NCBI GenBank assembly: GCA_024137785.1
Contig: JAHRHZ010000166.1
Span: 947,367-1,011,366, forward strand
Direction: 5' to 3'
Source: Ginglymostoma cirratum
Taxonomy: Eukaryota
Length of the DNA: 64,000 bases
The notes beneath the pieces are model-generated. The model worked only from the letters and a program-made list of their open reading frames with translations. It ran no database searches and was not told where the DNA came from. Shown here in pieces: positions 27,427 through 38,389 of the stretch. Position 1 is the stretch's first letter. Each line of letters opens with the position of its first letter. A program made the translations under genes and the position numbers.

Positions 27427-29109
27427 TCCATATTTATCCCTGTGAACACTGCATCGTAAAGCATATTTAGGCAATCTAGCCAGTTTTGATATTTTATTTT
27501 ATTTATCCCTTTACTGTTTGCTGACTATCTTATGTGTCAATGTGGAAAAAAACAAATGCTTCAGGTTTGGAGCATAGATGTTAACCATCAGGTGGTACTA
27601 TTTGATCCTTGTTTTGCTAAAGTCAGTTTTATTTCATTAATGGTTTACCCTTTCTTTAAGATTCAAATCTGGTGCCTAGAGATTAAGTATCTATGAAATC
27701 TGGGATTGTTTATTCAAAAGTCTTGTTAGGAACCATTGGTCTGAATCTTTGAGGACTTTCTAATGGTTTAGGTTCACTGTGTCGCAAATACATTGGTAGA
27801 AATGATGCTTTGGTTCAGTTGTCTGTCTCTGTGTCGTAAATCGTAAACTCAAAACTTGGACCTTTAAAAACAGGCTTTTTTGGTTAAGAATTGGATTTTA
27901 GTATTTCGAGTACGTCATCAGACACAAGGTTTGTACACATAAGTAAGATGGAAATTGTCAGTGTTTTCGAACATTTGGAAAGTTTCCCTGATATGCTTGA
28001 AGGGTATGACAAAACCTGAAATAGTAGACTTAACAATCATTCCGGAAAAGGAAGGTTGCTTACAAAAGCAAAGAAGACATCATGTTTAATAATGAGTTGT
28101 GTTTAATGGAAGTAGAGCGGCTAGGTGATTTAGGCCATATACAAGATGCATTAGTAAACTTTAAGTTGCAGTTCAGGTAAACAGAATTGTGAACCATTAG
28201 TATGACTTCCAATATGTGAGAAAAATGAAGGGAATTCCAAAAAACAGCTGGAACTTTAATCTTAAAAAAATTGGAACAAAGAGAGACAGAAAGCTAAGAA
28301 AGAGAGAGAGAACAGGAATTTAAGTTAAAATAAAAACTACGCAGGCTCAGCAACCTAAACAAAATATTTGGGAAAACGTGAAATGAGAAGGTTCCAGTCA
28401 CAACCTACAATTCAGTTTAGAGAAGTTCAAGTTTGCTCAGACTTTGCCAAAACGTGAAGAGAAAGATGGAAAAGGTCACCCAGTTCTTCACTCGTTATGG
28501 TCTTCCAAATTGAGTACTGGCTGATCAAGGTTCAAACTTTATATCAAGACCATCTCAAGATTTCATCAGTAGTTTAGGGATTCAACTTTCATCATCCACT
28601 GACCCAAGGTAGTTTGGAGGGATATAACCAAACTCATTCAAAGTCTATAGTTATGAGAATGCAAACAACTGGAACAAACTATGAGATTTTCTCTTATCTA
28701 CAACCAGAGTTTATCTTAACGAATGTATCCACCTTAGGCCCATTTAAATTAGCTTATGGCTACGAAGTAAGAAGACCATGAATACTGATTAGGGATAAAT
28801 TGCTAGGCCAGTCAAACCAATGGCCAATGTTATAATCATATATCTACATTTCTCAAAAAGTTAATAGGAGCATGTAGAGTTGCACAGGAACATTAAAAAA
28901 AAACCTCACAACACAATATGAAGGAGTGGGTCCATAAAGGGTGGCAACCAGAAATGTTAAAACAGGAGATGACTTTCTCTACAGCTGACTATACAAGTTG
29001 AACCAGCAAAATTGAAATTCAATGGCTCCAACAGAATAGGTAAAATGAATTATCTGCGTAATCTGCTAATTGGCACTCCTGATTTTAAGGGAAAAAAAAG
29101 ATATTTATG

Positions 29110-30225
29110 TCAGGATCCTAATTATTGACTACCGTTCTGCGTTTAACATCCTAATTCTAATCAAACTCATCTCTAAACTCTGAGACCTATATCTCGGTCT
29201 CCCACTCTTTAATTGGATCCTGAACTTCCTGATCCGTAGACCGCAATAAGTAAGAATAGTCAACAGCAAATTCTCCACCATAATCCTCAACGCTGGTATC
29301 AGTTGGCTGCTTACACTCCCACCCACACATACTTCTTCTACTCTCACGATAATGTGGCCCAATTCAGACCCAGCTCATTTTACAATTTTGCTGTCAAAAG
29401 CACCGCTGTTGGTCAGATCTCAAACAACGACGAGGAAGAATACAGGAAAGGGGTTGAGTGCTTAGTGGCATGGTGAAAAAGAACATTCCATAAATATCCT
29501 CAAAATAAAGGAAGTGGTCATTGACTTCAGAACACTGAGTGAGGGGTATACTCCCATCTGCATCAACCGTGCTGAGATAGAGATAGTTGACAGCCCCAAG
29601 TTCCTGGTGGTAATTAGCACTAACAATCCGTCCTGGTCCACCTGTATTGATGCAGCGGTGAAGGAAGCACAGTAATTGTTTTCATTCCTCAGGAATCTAA
29701 GTAAATTCGGCATATTCTCAAGTTTTCTTACAACTTTTACAGGTTCACCATAAAATACATTCTATTGGGATGCATCAGAGCATGGGTTGCCAACTGTTCT
29801 TCCCAAGACCACAATAACCGACAGAGAGTAATGAAAACAGTCCAGTCGAACACACAAACCAGCCTTCCATTCATTGACTCATTGTATACTTTCGACTGCC
29901 TCGAGAAAGCCGCCAACATTACCAAAGACCCCTTCCAACCCGGATATACTCTCTTCCACTCTCTGCCCTCGGGCAGAAGACACAATTGTTTGAATGAACG
30001 AACAAGTAGATACAAGAAGAGTTTCTTTCCCACTGCTTTCAGACTTTTGAACAAATTCTCAGATGTAAGCGTTGATCTCTCTCTCTGCACCTTTTTGGCG
30101 GATCTAACACTATATTGTGTACTCTTTTCTGCTACCCTAATGCATTTTGCATGGTAAAACCTGCCTGGATAGCACAAAAAAAATTTTCACTGTATCCCAG
30201 TACATGTGATAACAATGAATCAATC
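29110..30225 (+). mobile_element. Rex1/Babar-type LINE 3' fragment
   Basis: RPQ.VRI..., ILLGCIRAW and HSLPSGRR...RTSRYKKSFFPTAFRLLN motifs; aatc tail. Confidence 0.7.
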
Positions 30226-30248
30226 AGACTGTGTCATGCAAGTATCAT

Positions 30249-30561
30249 CATAGAATCCCTACAGTGTGGGAGCAGGCCCTTCAGCCCAACAAGTCCACAC
30301 TGGCCCTTAGAGCATCCCATGCAGACCCATTTACCTATCAGCTACTTAACCTACACATCCCTGAACACTACGGGCAATTTAGCATGGCCAAACCACTGAG
30401 CGTGCGCATCTTTGGACTGTGAGGAGAGGAAAGCAGAGCACCTGGTGGGAAGTCACACAGACACGGGGCAAATATGCAAACTCCACACAGGCAATTGCCT
30501 GAGAGCGGATTTGAACCCACGTTCCTAACATTGTAAAGCAGCAGTTCTAACCACTGAGCCA
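30249..30561 (-). mobile_element. HE1-like SINE
   Basis: Reverse complement of the 14.6/58.5 kb SINE. Confidence 0.85.
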
Positions 30562-30832
30562 AAGCATTATTGTCGAGGCAGTAATGAGCATGTACAGACG
30601 TGGCAATTAATAATTTGGCAGAAGAGGATTAAAAAAGAATAAGAGCGAAGATAATTAGACTACTTCTAAATCTCTGAATATTTGAATAGCAAATTTGGAT
30701 ACCTGGAGAATTCAGACATTGTACTAACATAAACAACAACCAAAAGAACTGCAGATGCTAGAAATCAGGAACAAAAATAAAGTTGCTGGAAAAGCTCATC
30801 AGGTCTGGCAACATCTGTGAAGGAGAAAATAG

Positions 30833-30870
30833 AGTTAACGTTTCGGGTCCAGTGACCCTTCCTCAGAACT
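30833..30870 (-). ncRNA. Minimal type I hammerhead ribozyme motif in PLE-derived short repeat
   Basis: AGUU-CUGAGGA-A-GGGUC(ACUG)GACCC-GAAAC-GUU-AACU: core boxes, 5-bp stem II, AGUU/AACU stem I, palindromic ACGU in place of stem III. Confidence 0.6.
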
Positions 30871-31295
30871 AACATACCTGTATTAACATACCTGAAGAAA
30901 GATTTATCGACAGAAAATTTGAGATTGCTGAACAAATATGAACAATTTTGCAATTATATATATTTTGATGTACAACATTAGCCTGACCTGACTTGGATAT
31001 AGGTAATTCGTATTCAATAAAACAAAACCCACAAGGGTTAAATCCAGAGGAACGTACTAAAGTAACAGGAATTTTAATACACAATCAAGAATCAATTGAT
31101 CAAACCAAGCCTGAGTATTTAGAATTCACCTGCCATATTGGTTCCTAATTCAAATGTTTGAATTAAAATACATGCAGACTGTAGGAAAAAATATGTGCAT
31201 TAACAAAGACACTTTCATACCTTAGGCCAAGACTGGAAGATTGCATTCATAGGGTTGGCAATGCATCATTCTTCTCTAAAATTGATTTACTAATA

Positions 31296-31632
31296 GGCGG
31301 TACAATGCCTTAATGGTTAGCACTGCTGCCTCACAGCACTAGGAACATTTGTTCAATTCCAGCCGGGGTAACCGTCTCTTGTAGTTTGTGTGTTCTCCCC
31401 CTATCTGCATGGTTTTTTGTTGGGACCTCCAGTTTCCTCTCACAGTCCAAAATATGCAGGTTAGGCGAATTGGCTGTGTAATATGGTCCCATAGAATTCA
31501 GGGATGTGTAGTTTAGATGGGTTAGATGTTGTAAATTCAGCGTTATGGGGATATAGTAAACTGTGGCTATGGATGGGATGCTCTTTGGTGCAGACTCAAT
31601 GAACCAAATGGCTTCCTTCTGCAATTACAGAT
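31296..31632 (+). mobile_element. HE1-like SINE (diverged)
   Basis: tggttagcactgctgcctcacagc...gttcaattcc head. Confidence 0.8.
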
Positions 31633-32849
31633 TAAATTATATTGGCAAATATTGCTGACAATGACAGTAAAGGATATTTATGAATTTGTCACACCTAATG
31701 GATTTTACCAATGTTGAGTTATGCCATTTGAATATTGGAATACACCAGACACCTTTCAATGATTAGTGAATAGCATTATATTTAAGGTGCCTAATCGTTC
31801 AGTTTATTTGGACAACAACGTCATGCAGAATAATACATGGAAGAAACACAGAGTAGAGATAAATCTTATTTACACAATTATAGTCAGTCATGCTGGTTTT
31901 AAAGGTAGCAAAGATTGATTTTGCACAAAGCAAGGTGGTGTACCTCGGCCATATTGTTAGGTAACAAAAGAAGTGGTGGCTGCAATTGATTTTATCACGC
32001 TGAAAACAAAATGGAAAATAAGAGGGTTCTTGGGAATGTGTGTCTTTAATTGAAAGCTTGTAATTATTTTAGTACAATTGACTTTCCTTCGACTAATGTA
32101 CAATGTAAATAAATGAAGATGGTTGGTCTACAGGTTGCTAGGCAATCTTTGACAAGCAAGAAGCAATTTTACTGAATGAACCTATATTAGCTAGACCTAT
32201 TTTAACAAACCATTTAAATTTGCAGTGGATGCTAACAACTTTGAAGTTCAAAAAGAATTCTCACAGGATGATAAGCTTATAATGCAAAAGCCCACTGCTA
32301 ATTTTCGCATGAAAGTGAACAGAAGATATTTAACACTCTGTGATTGAGAAAGGACCATTGGTAGTGTTAACAGTTCTTCAAAATGTTGACGTTTATGTCA
32401 GAAGTGGGCATTTTGAAGCCGTTAGTCTTACTGACTATCCACCCTCTGAGTTTTTTTGATACGTTAAAAACATGAAACTTCATTATTGTTGACACATGAT
32501 GTCATGTCTGCAGCAGTCTACATTAAAAAAAAACTTTACATACAGCCAAGAATTTTTTAAAAAGTGCAATTGCAGTTTTCTCATCCCAAATGTAAACTGC
32601 TATACATTGAAGAACGTGACCAGGAGAACTGAAAGATGAATAAGTATCTGGTGCATGGAAGAATGGATGTAAGTTCTGAATTTTGCTTGTGTTCTCATTG
32701 TTACAAACCTCGTCATGAAAAAGACTTTCTTTAATTTGGGTTTTATGTCTTTGAGGTTCAAAACATCTCTTTTCATTGCTTTAGTTTTATTCCTTTGTTG
32801 ATATTGAATGGAAGTGACTGCTGAGTTTATACCATTAGTTCCACTGATG

Positions 32850-33200
32850 TTAGAGTAGAGTTAGGTCATTCGGCTGGTCGAGCCTTTTCCAACATTCAAC
32901 CATTCCCCTGTCTTCTCTCTGTAAACCTCTAGGGAGTTACCAATCAAAAAATATATCTATCGCTACCTTAAATACACTCAATGACTTGACCTGAAGATCC
33001 CTCTGTGCAATGGATACCACAGATTAATCACCCTCTGTTTGACGAAATTTCTCCTCATATCATTCTAAAGTGTCAGTCGTTCGCTCTGAAATTGTGCTCC
33101 AGGGTGCAAGTCTCTCCTTCTCGTGGAAACATCTTCTCCACATCCACTCTATCCAGGCTTCTCAGTTTCCTTCAAGCTTCAATCAGACCCTCCCCCATCT
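32850..33200 (-). mobile_element. CR1 LINE 3' fragment
   Basis: Reverse complement of CR1 ORF2 end and 3' UTR. Confidence 0.6.
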
Positions 33201-33336
33201 CTGCTGATGATCTGATGATCAGACAATCGATATGTTTGGAAAGCGGGGCAAAACTTTGGAGATGTACAGTGGCATTGATATTAATTACATCGCTCATAAA
33301 CATTAAAACACAAATGAAATTACATTCAATATGTAC

Positions 33337-33639
33337 CTCTTTGATATGAGACACTTTCGCTGATGAGAGTTCTAGTAGAGGTGATTTGAGCGGAGCAAGT
33401 GATGGCAGCTTCTTTCCTCGACTCTTTTGTTCGAATTCCAAAATGACTTCTCATGCTATATGTCCCGGTGGAGTCGATTGTCCCAGTATCTGGCCAAAGT
33501 TCGACATCCCACATGGAAGCAGTCCAACGGGTGTGGAGTGTACGCGTGATAACATTTTTCACCAAACATATCAATGAAACATTTTCCACGGAAAACGTTT
33601 TATCCACCGGTGGAGATAAGAGAAATATCTCGGCAGCTC
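33337..33639 (-). CDS. Exon: Ig C1-set-like domain
   Basis: Translates (G)AAEIFLLSPPVDKTFSVENVSLICLVKNVITRTLHTRWTASMWDVELWPDTGTIDSTGTYSMRSHFGIRTKESRKEAAITCSAQITSTRTLISESVSYQR. C-x13-W spacing, GTYSxxS motif and second Cys present. 303 nt, phase 1-1, 87-bp intron from the V exon. Confidence 0.85.
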
Positions 33640-33726
33640 CTGATGGGTGTGGAAGATGAGAAGGAAATACTGTTCAGAATTCCTGATTATTTAAGGCGAA
33701 ATTAGTAAAACAGTATTAGTGCTTAC

Positions 33727-34065
33727 CTGTTATGAACAATTTCGAACCATTTCCGAATATGAAGGGTATTCTGTTAATTTTTCTAGCTGCACAGTAATAT
33801 TAACCGGAATCATTTTTCTGGACGTTAGCAATCACAAGAGTACAAACCGTAGAGTCGTTATTAACTTCTCCAGAATATCTCCCATGTGGTGGAAAGTACT
33901 TGGTCACGGTGTAAACGCTTTGCATATGTTCTTGCTGCTGCTGTTTATACCACTGAACAGAGAGATTGGCGACCCAACCTGTGTGGCAGTGAAACCTAAC
34001 AACACTTCCAACTGAGACAGTTTCAACTGTTGGAGCCTGTGAGAACACTGTTTGACAGACAATAA
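33727..34065 (-). CDS. Exon: Ig V-set domain with germline-joined J-like segment
   Basis: Translates (V)IVCQTVFSQAPTVETVSVGSVVRFHCHTGWVANLSVQWYKQQQQEHMQSVYTVTKYFPPHGRYSGEVNNDSTVCTLVIANVQKNDSG*YYCAARKINRIPFIFGNGSKLFIT. Contains B-strand Cys, WYKQ, RYSG, DSGxYYC and FGxG. Acceptor ttttttcag, donor ag|gtaagc, 339 nt. Confidence 0.92.
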
Positions 34066-34336
34066 CTGAAAAAAATGACGTTAAAGAGCGTTGTTAGGCA
34101 AAATGAATTTTTGTCAAGAAATATCAAAATCAACAAATTATCTGCTAAGGAAAACGGGACAAACATCATATCATTTTACAATAGAGAAACGGGATGCGCA
34201 ATTTTTGTCTATTTCAGAGACTTTTCACAGCAATATGAACATTACAAGGAGAGCTCATTTGACCTTCCACCAAGCTGAAGCTATTTGTGATATTACGCAG
34301 GAACTAGTGCACAGATTATAATCTAGAAACGCTAAC

Positions 34337-34378
34337 CTGAAAGAAATTGGAACATTGTACACGGAGTTAGAAAATCAT
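34337..34378 (-). CDS. Candidate leader exon (1-nt frameshift relative to first ATG)
   Basis: atgattttctaactccgtgtacaatgttccaatttctttcag|gttagc. Adding one T to the T4 run gives MIFLTPCTMFQFLS in phase 1. An in-frame internal ATG at 34355 gives only MFQFLS. Confidence 0.5.
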
Positions 34379-34402
34379 TCTCTACAGCGAATATTCTTGC
34401 TG

Positions 34403-34495
34403 TGACGTTTGCACTGACGTTTCAATTTTGTTTTGAAGCTGAAGCAGAGAAGTTATGCTTTGAACTGCACAGCTGATCCAAGGCGTGCAGGAAGT
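34403..34495 (-). promoter_or_regulatory. Candidate proximal promoter motifs (tandem CRE-like, E-box, ETS)
   Basis: TGACGTTT at 34403-34410 and 34415-34422, CAGCTG at 34470-34475, CAGGAAGT at 34488-34495, all immediately upstream of the leader ATG. Confidence 0.35.
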
Positions 34496-35139
34496 TAAAA
34501 ATAGCCGAATGGAAAATATAGCACAACGTTTGGGATTGCTGTCTGTTTCCCGTTTACACTTCAAGCGTGCACTCATTTGCCTCCGAGCAACTGCAAACCA
34601 AATACAATTTTCTTTCAACTTGTGTCAAACAGATTTTGGCACTTCTTTTACAGGCTGTGAAAAAATAATCCAAATCATTCACAGTTTCTTCATTGAAGCA
34701 ACAATGTATTCCTTCTGCTGAGACATTAAACAAAGCCTACTCCATATAATTCCAGGTTGAAGTTCAGATCAGATGTTCAATTAACACTCAAATAGTGCAG
34801 GTGCATTTTGCTGATTGTTTTGGGATATTTATTTTTCCTTGTGGCATTATGATGATGAAACCCGTGTTAATTAATATATTGCATTTTGGACGAGAAAATA
34901 AAAATCCGCAGGAAATAAAAGTCCTAAGAACTGTGGATCCTGGAACTCAGAAACAAAAGCAAAATAAAAAAGGAGACGTAGTTGGAAAACTTAGCTTTCT
35001 TACAGCATCTGTGGATAAGAAATCAGAGTTGACGTTCTGGACCCAGTGCTCCTTCTTCAGAGTGATTCTGTGAAGGACCACTGGATCCAAAACGTTAACT
35101 CATAGCTGTTGTGATTTTCCAATAATTATAATTTTTGTT

Positions 35140-35965
35140 GTTAGTAATAACACATGTCTGTTCAACCACTTTATCCAACTGTCCCAATAACATAGATGAG
35201 CTGTGCACATGCAAACCAAGATTCTGTTGATCCTCGAAAATTCCCAGGATCATACCTTTTATCATATATTTCCTTGTCTTGTTTGTCCTGCCCAACGACG
35301 TTTATTTCACATTTATCAGGTTGAATTATATTTCCTACTGATCAGTCCACCTGATTACCCTGTCCATATCTTCTTGTAATGAAAAGCTATACTCCACACT
35401 ATTTACAGTCCCACCATTTTATAGCATTTGCAAACCTACTAATCAGTCCGCTTACTTTCAAGTCTGAATAATTTATTTGATGAAACAGCAAATTGCCGAC
35501 ACTGACCCCTCTGGCATCCCTACTGCCCACAGACTTCTAGTTGGGAAATGACCCTTCAACTAGCACTCTGTATTTCCTGTGACACAACCAATTGTGGATC
35601 CAATTTGCCACGTTTCTTTGAATACCAAGGACTCTTGTCCTTTCCTATCAGTGATCAATGCGTCTCCTTATCACCTTATGTTGAAATCCAAGTAAACTGC
35701 ATCAAAAGCATTACCTTCATCTACACATCTGTTTACCGCTTCAACATATTTAATTAAGTTGATAGTCCTCCCTTCCACTTAACAAAACCACCCTGACCGC
35801 ACTTGATCAATCCATGCCTCTCCAAATGCAGATTAATTTTGTCGCTAACAATTGCTTCATTTAGCTTCCCACCACTCAGGTTACACTGACCAGCCTGTTG
35901 TATCCCTTGCTTTGTTCTTGCATAACGGAGACTCGATAGTTGTTTTTCAGTCCTCTAGCACCTGC
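35140..35965 (-). mobile_element. CR1 LINE RT fragment
   Basis: Degenerate RT motifs on the minus strand. Confidence 0.65.
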
Positions 35966-38389
35966 CTTCCTGATTCTGAAGAAGGGTCACTGGACCTGAA
36001 ACTTGAACTCTGATTTCACTCCACAGATGCTGCCAGACCTTTTGAGTTTTTACAAGAAATTATCTTCATCTTATTGTTTGGAACAGCTTGCTTTGCAAAA
36101 GTACCTCTGCTGTACTCAAGGTATTACTATTTTGATACATAAGAGTTATATGTCACTGAATGTAATACGTGAGAGAGATTCTTGCTACTTAAGTACAAGC
36201 TTTCCTCGATGTTTCACTCTAAGCTATTACAACGTCACATCCAGGATATCATTAAGTCAGACGTCACTAGTTCAATGATAGTCTTGTTCTTATGAGACTC
36301 CTGGGCTCATGAATCTTGAATTGTGCTGATTTGTCGACTCAGCTGCTGCGTGACAATAACGTCACATCTTGTTGTAGAAACAAATTCAATCAGTTTTGAT
36401 TGCAGTTATAAACAAATAATTGATGGATTCATATACAATAATTTACATTTTAATATGAAACATTTCAGAAAAGTTTTAATTATTGTACTGGTAAGCGTGT
36501 ACATTACGAGACTGGTAATGTTGTGTACCTATTTTTCATACTTTGTTGCGATCTGTTTATCACATTTTACCTTTGTATGGGAAGTATTTGGGAGTATTCT
36601 GTCCCTTATAATAAATAACGTCCCTTAATTTATGAATGTTTTTCCTTTCTTTCGAAGGCAGCAAGGGAGGATTTTTTTTTGACCATTCAAGTTGGAGGTG
36701 CTGGTGAACTGAAGGTTCATTTGTCTCGTTTCATGTTACAGACAAATATTGAGCATGCATAGTATATTACCTTCAAGCCACTTTCCAAATTGATCATGAA
36801 GAATGGATATTGCATTTTATGATTTATTTCTCTGCAGCTTAGGCGTAGTGGAAGCATAAAAATCATTCCCTTAACAGTTACAAGTTTAAAAAATGCACGT
36901 TTTTGTTGGGATAACGGGGCGAGAAAATGTAGAAATGATGTATACAAGTTTTCGTGCACTTTATTGGCGGAGCAGGGCCCCAGATTTTTTCATTTTCCTT
37001 ATCTGAGACTCACAAGATAGTTATAGAGCTTTGCTGGTTGAAGTGATTAAGTTGCATGGCAATTTATGAATAGTCATCACAAATCCAAAATAAGCTGCTG
37101 CTTCAAAACGATGGTACAGGATTCACAATGTTTCAACTCATCATATTGTTGTAGAAGTTGCCTAATACAGACAGCGGAAAAATAAAAGATCTTTTAATTT
37201 GATATGGTAATTTATGGATATGGAAATTTCTTTTTCTTCTCATGTATGTAATGTATCATGAAATGTATAATTGCCATAAAAGGATTACAACAAAAGCTCA
37301 GCACACTTCTACCAGGGATGCCGGGACTGTCATAAGAATAAGAATTGAGAAAACCACGCCTGTAGTGTTCAAATTTTCGAAGAATAACTAATTTGACAAG
37401 CAAAACACATAAAGGGACAGAGAGGGGGTTGATGCGGGTAAGATGTTTCCCTTTGTTTCACAATATAGAATAGTTGGAAAAAAATGCAATAGGGTGGGCT
37501 GTCATTTGCGATCGGGATGAGGAGAACATTTTTAATTAGAGGCTTGGGGATATTTTAAATCCTGTACCTCCAGACGTCCGCAGAAGCTCAGTCTTTCTGT
37601 TTTCATAAAGTAGAAGTTAGGCAAGGCGATGTAAATAATGCTGGTAACATGCATTAAAGATTAATTAATCAGCCATGATCATATTATTGAGTGAAGCAAG
37701 TTCAACTGGCCATACGCCCGAGACCTGTTCCCACTTTTCTGTATTGTTTATCCAAAGTGACATCAAGGATAGAAAAGCAGCATTTGTTGACATTCAGAGA
37801 GAATGTAATAATGCATTTTACAACGTTTCGCTTACCTGACAAGCTTTCTTTTCCTTCAGCGAGAAAATCTAGAATTAGGTGCCACAACACAAGCTCAACT
37901 AAGTTTTCTCGCATTTAAGGCCGAAAAGATAGTTTTTGTTTTATATTTGTAGAACTGTGAAGTGCAATTAAAAAGATTGCTGGGCCTGAGACATTAAAAC
38001 GTTTGATGTTTAATTAAGGCAGTATTGGATATTTGGATATGATAAAAGTTACATTTTCATAATATTTACTATCTGACATGGAATTTAATCTAAGAGCTAT
38101 TACAGCAGTCTTTGACTTTCCAAACTCTGAAAACAAACAAAATAATTCATAGAAATGCAAGCAAAAAAACAAGAGTTCTTACTGGATGTCTCCCAAACAG
38201 CAGTCTTCATTCAGCAGTTATCTCCCAAGCAGAAAGATAATGGACAAGAAAAAAATGGCGAAAGACTCAGGTAAGAGTTCCCTAACACCTGGGCTAGACT
38301 GCAAGTTGCTACTCTCACTACTTTAACGATATCAATACATTGCACACTGATTACCTGCTTGTCGTTTTGTATCAGCAAAAGTTCCCTAT

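Larger units (their letters stand above)
25147..32600 (+). mobile_element. Old fragmented Gmr1-type Gypsy element within the C1-TM intron
   Basis: Integrase remnant (DQGSNF) at ~28520 precedes RT remnants at ~31000-31990 and RNase H at ~32200-32520. Interrupted by a PLE, a Rex1 LINE and SINEs. Boundaries approximate. Confidence 0.6.
23272..34378 (-). pseudogene. Non-rearranging antigen-receptor-like IgSF gene (L-VJ-C1-TM-cytoplasmic Tyr motifs), apparently disabled copy
   Basis: Exons 34378-34337 (leader), 34065-33727 (VJ), 33639-33337 (C1), 24371-24258 (TM), 24124-24066 and 23433-23272 (cytoplasmic). All introns GT-AG, phases 1/1/1/0 from V onward. In-frame TAA at 33802-33800. AATAAA on the minus strand at 23180-23175, ~90 nt after the stop. 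About 339 aa if repaired. Confidence 0.85.

Noticed and set aside
33790-33828. CACAGTA heptamer-like sequence at the YYC codons as an RSS
   Set aside because: Dictated by the Tyr-Cys codons; no ACAAAAACC-like nonamer at 12 or 23 bp spacing.
33727-34065. Conventional TCR/Ig V segment or processed rearranged transcript
   Set aside because: J motif is in the same exon, introns are retained, there is no RSS, and a long Tyr-bearing tail is present; a germline-joined origin cannot be fully excluded without phylogeny.
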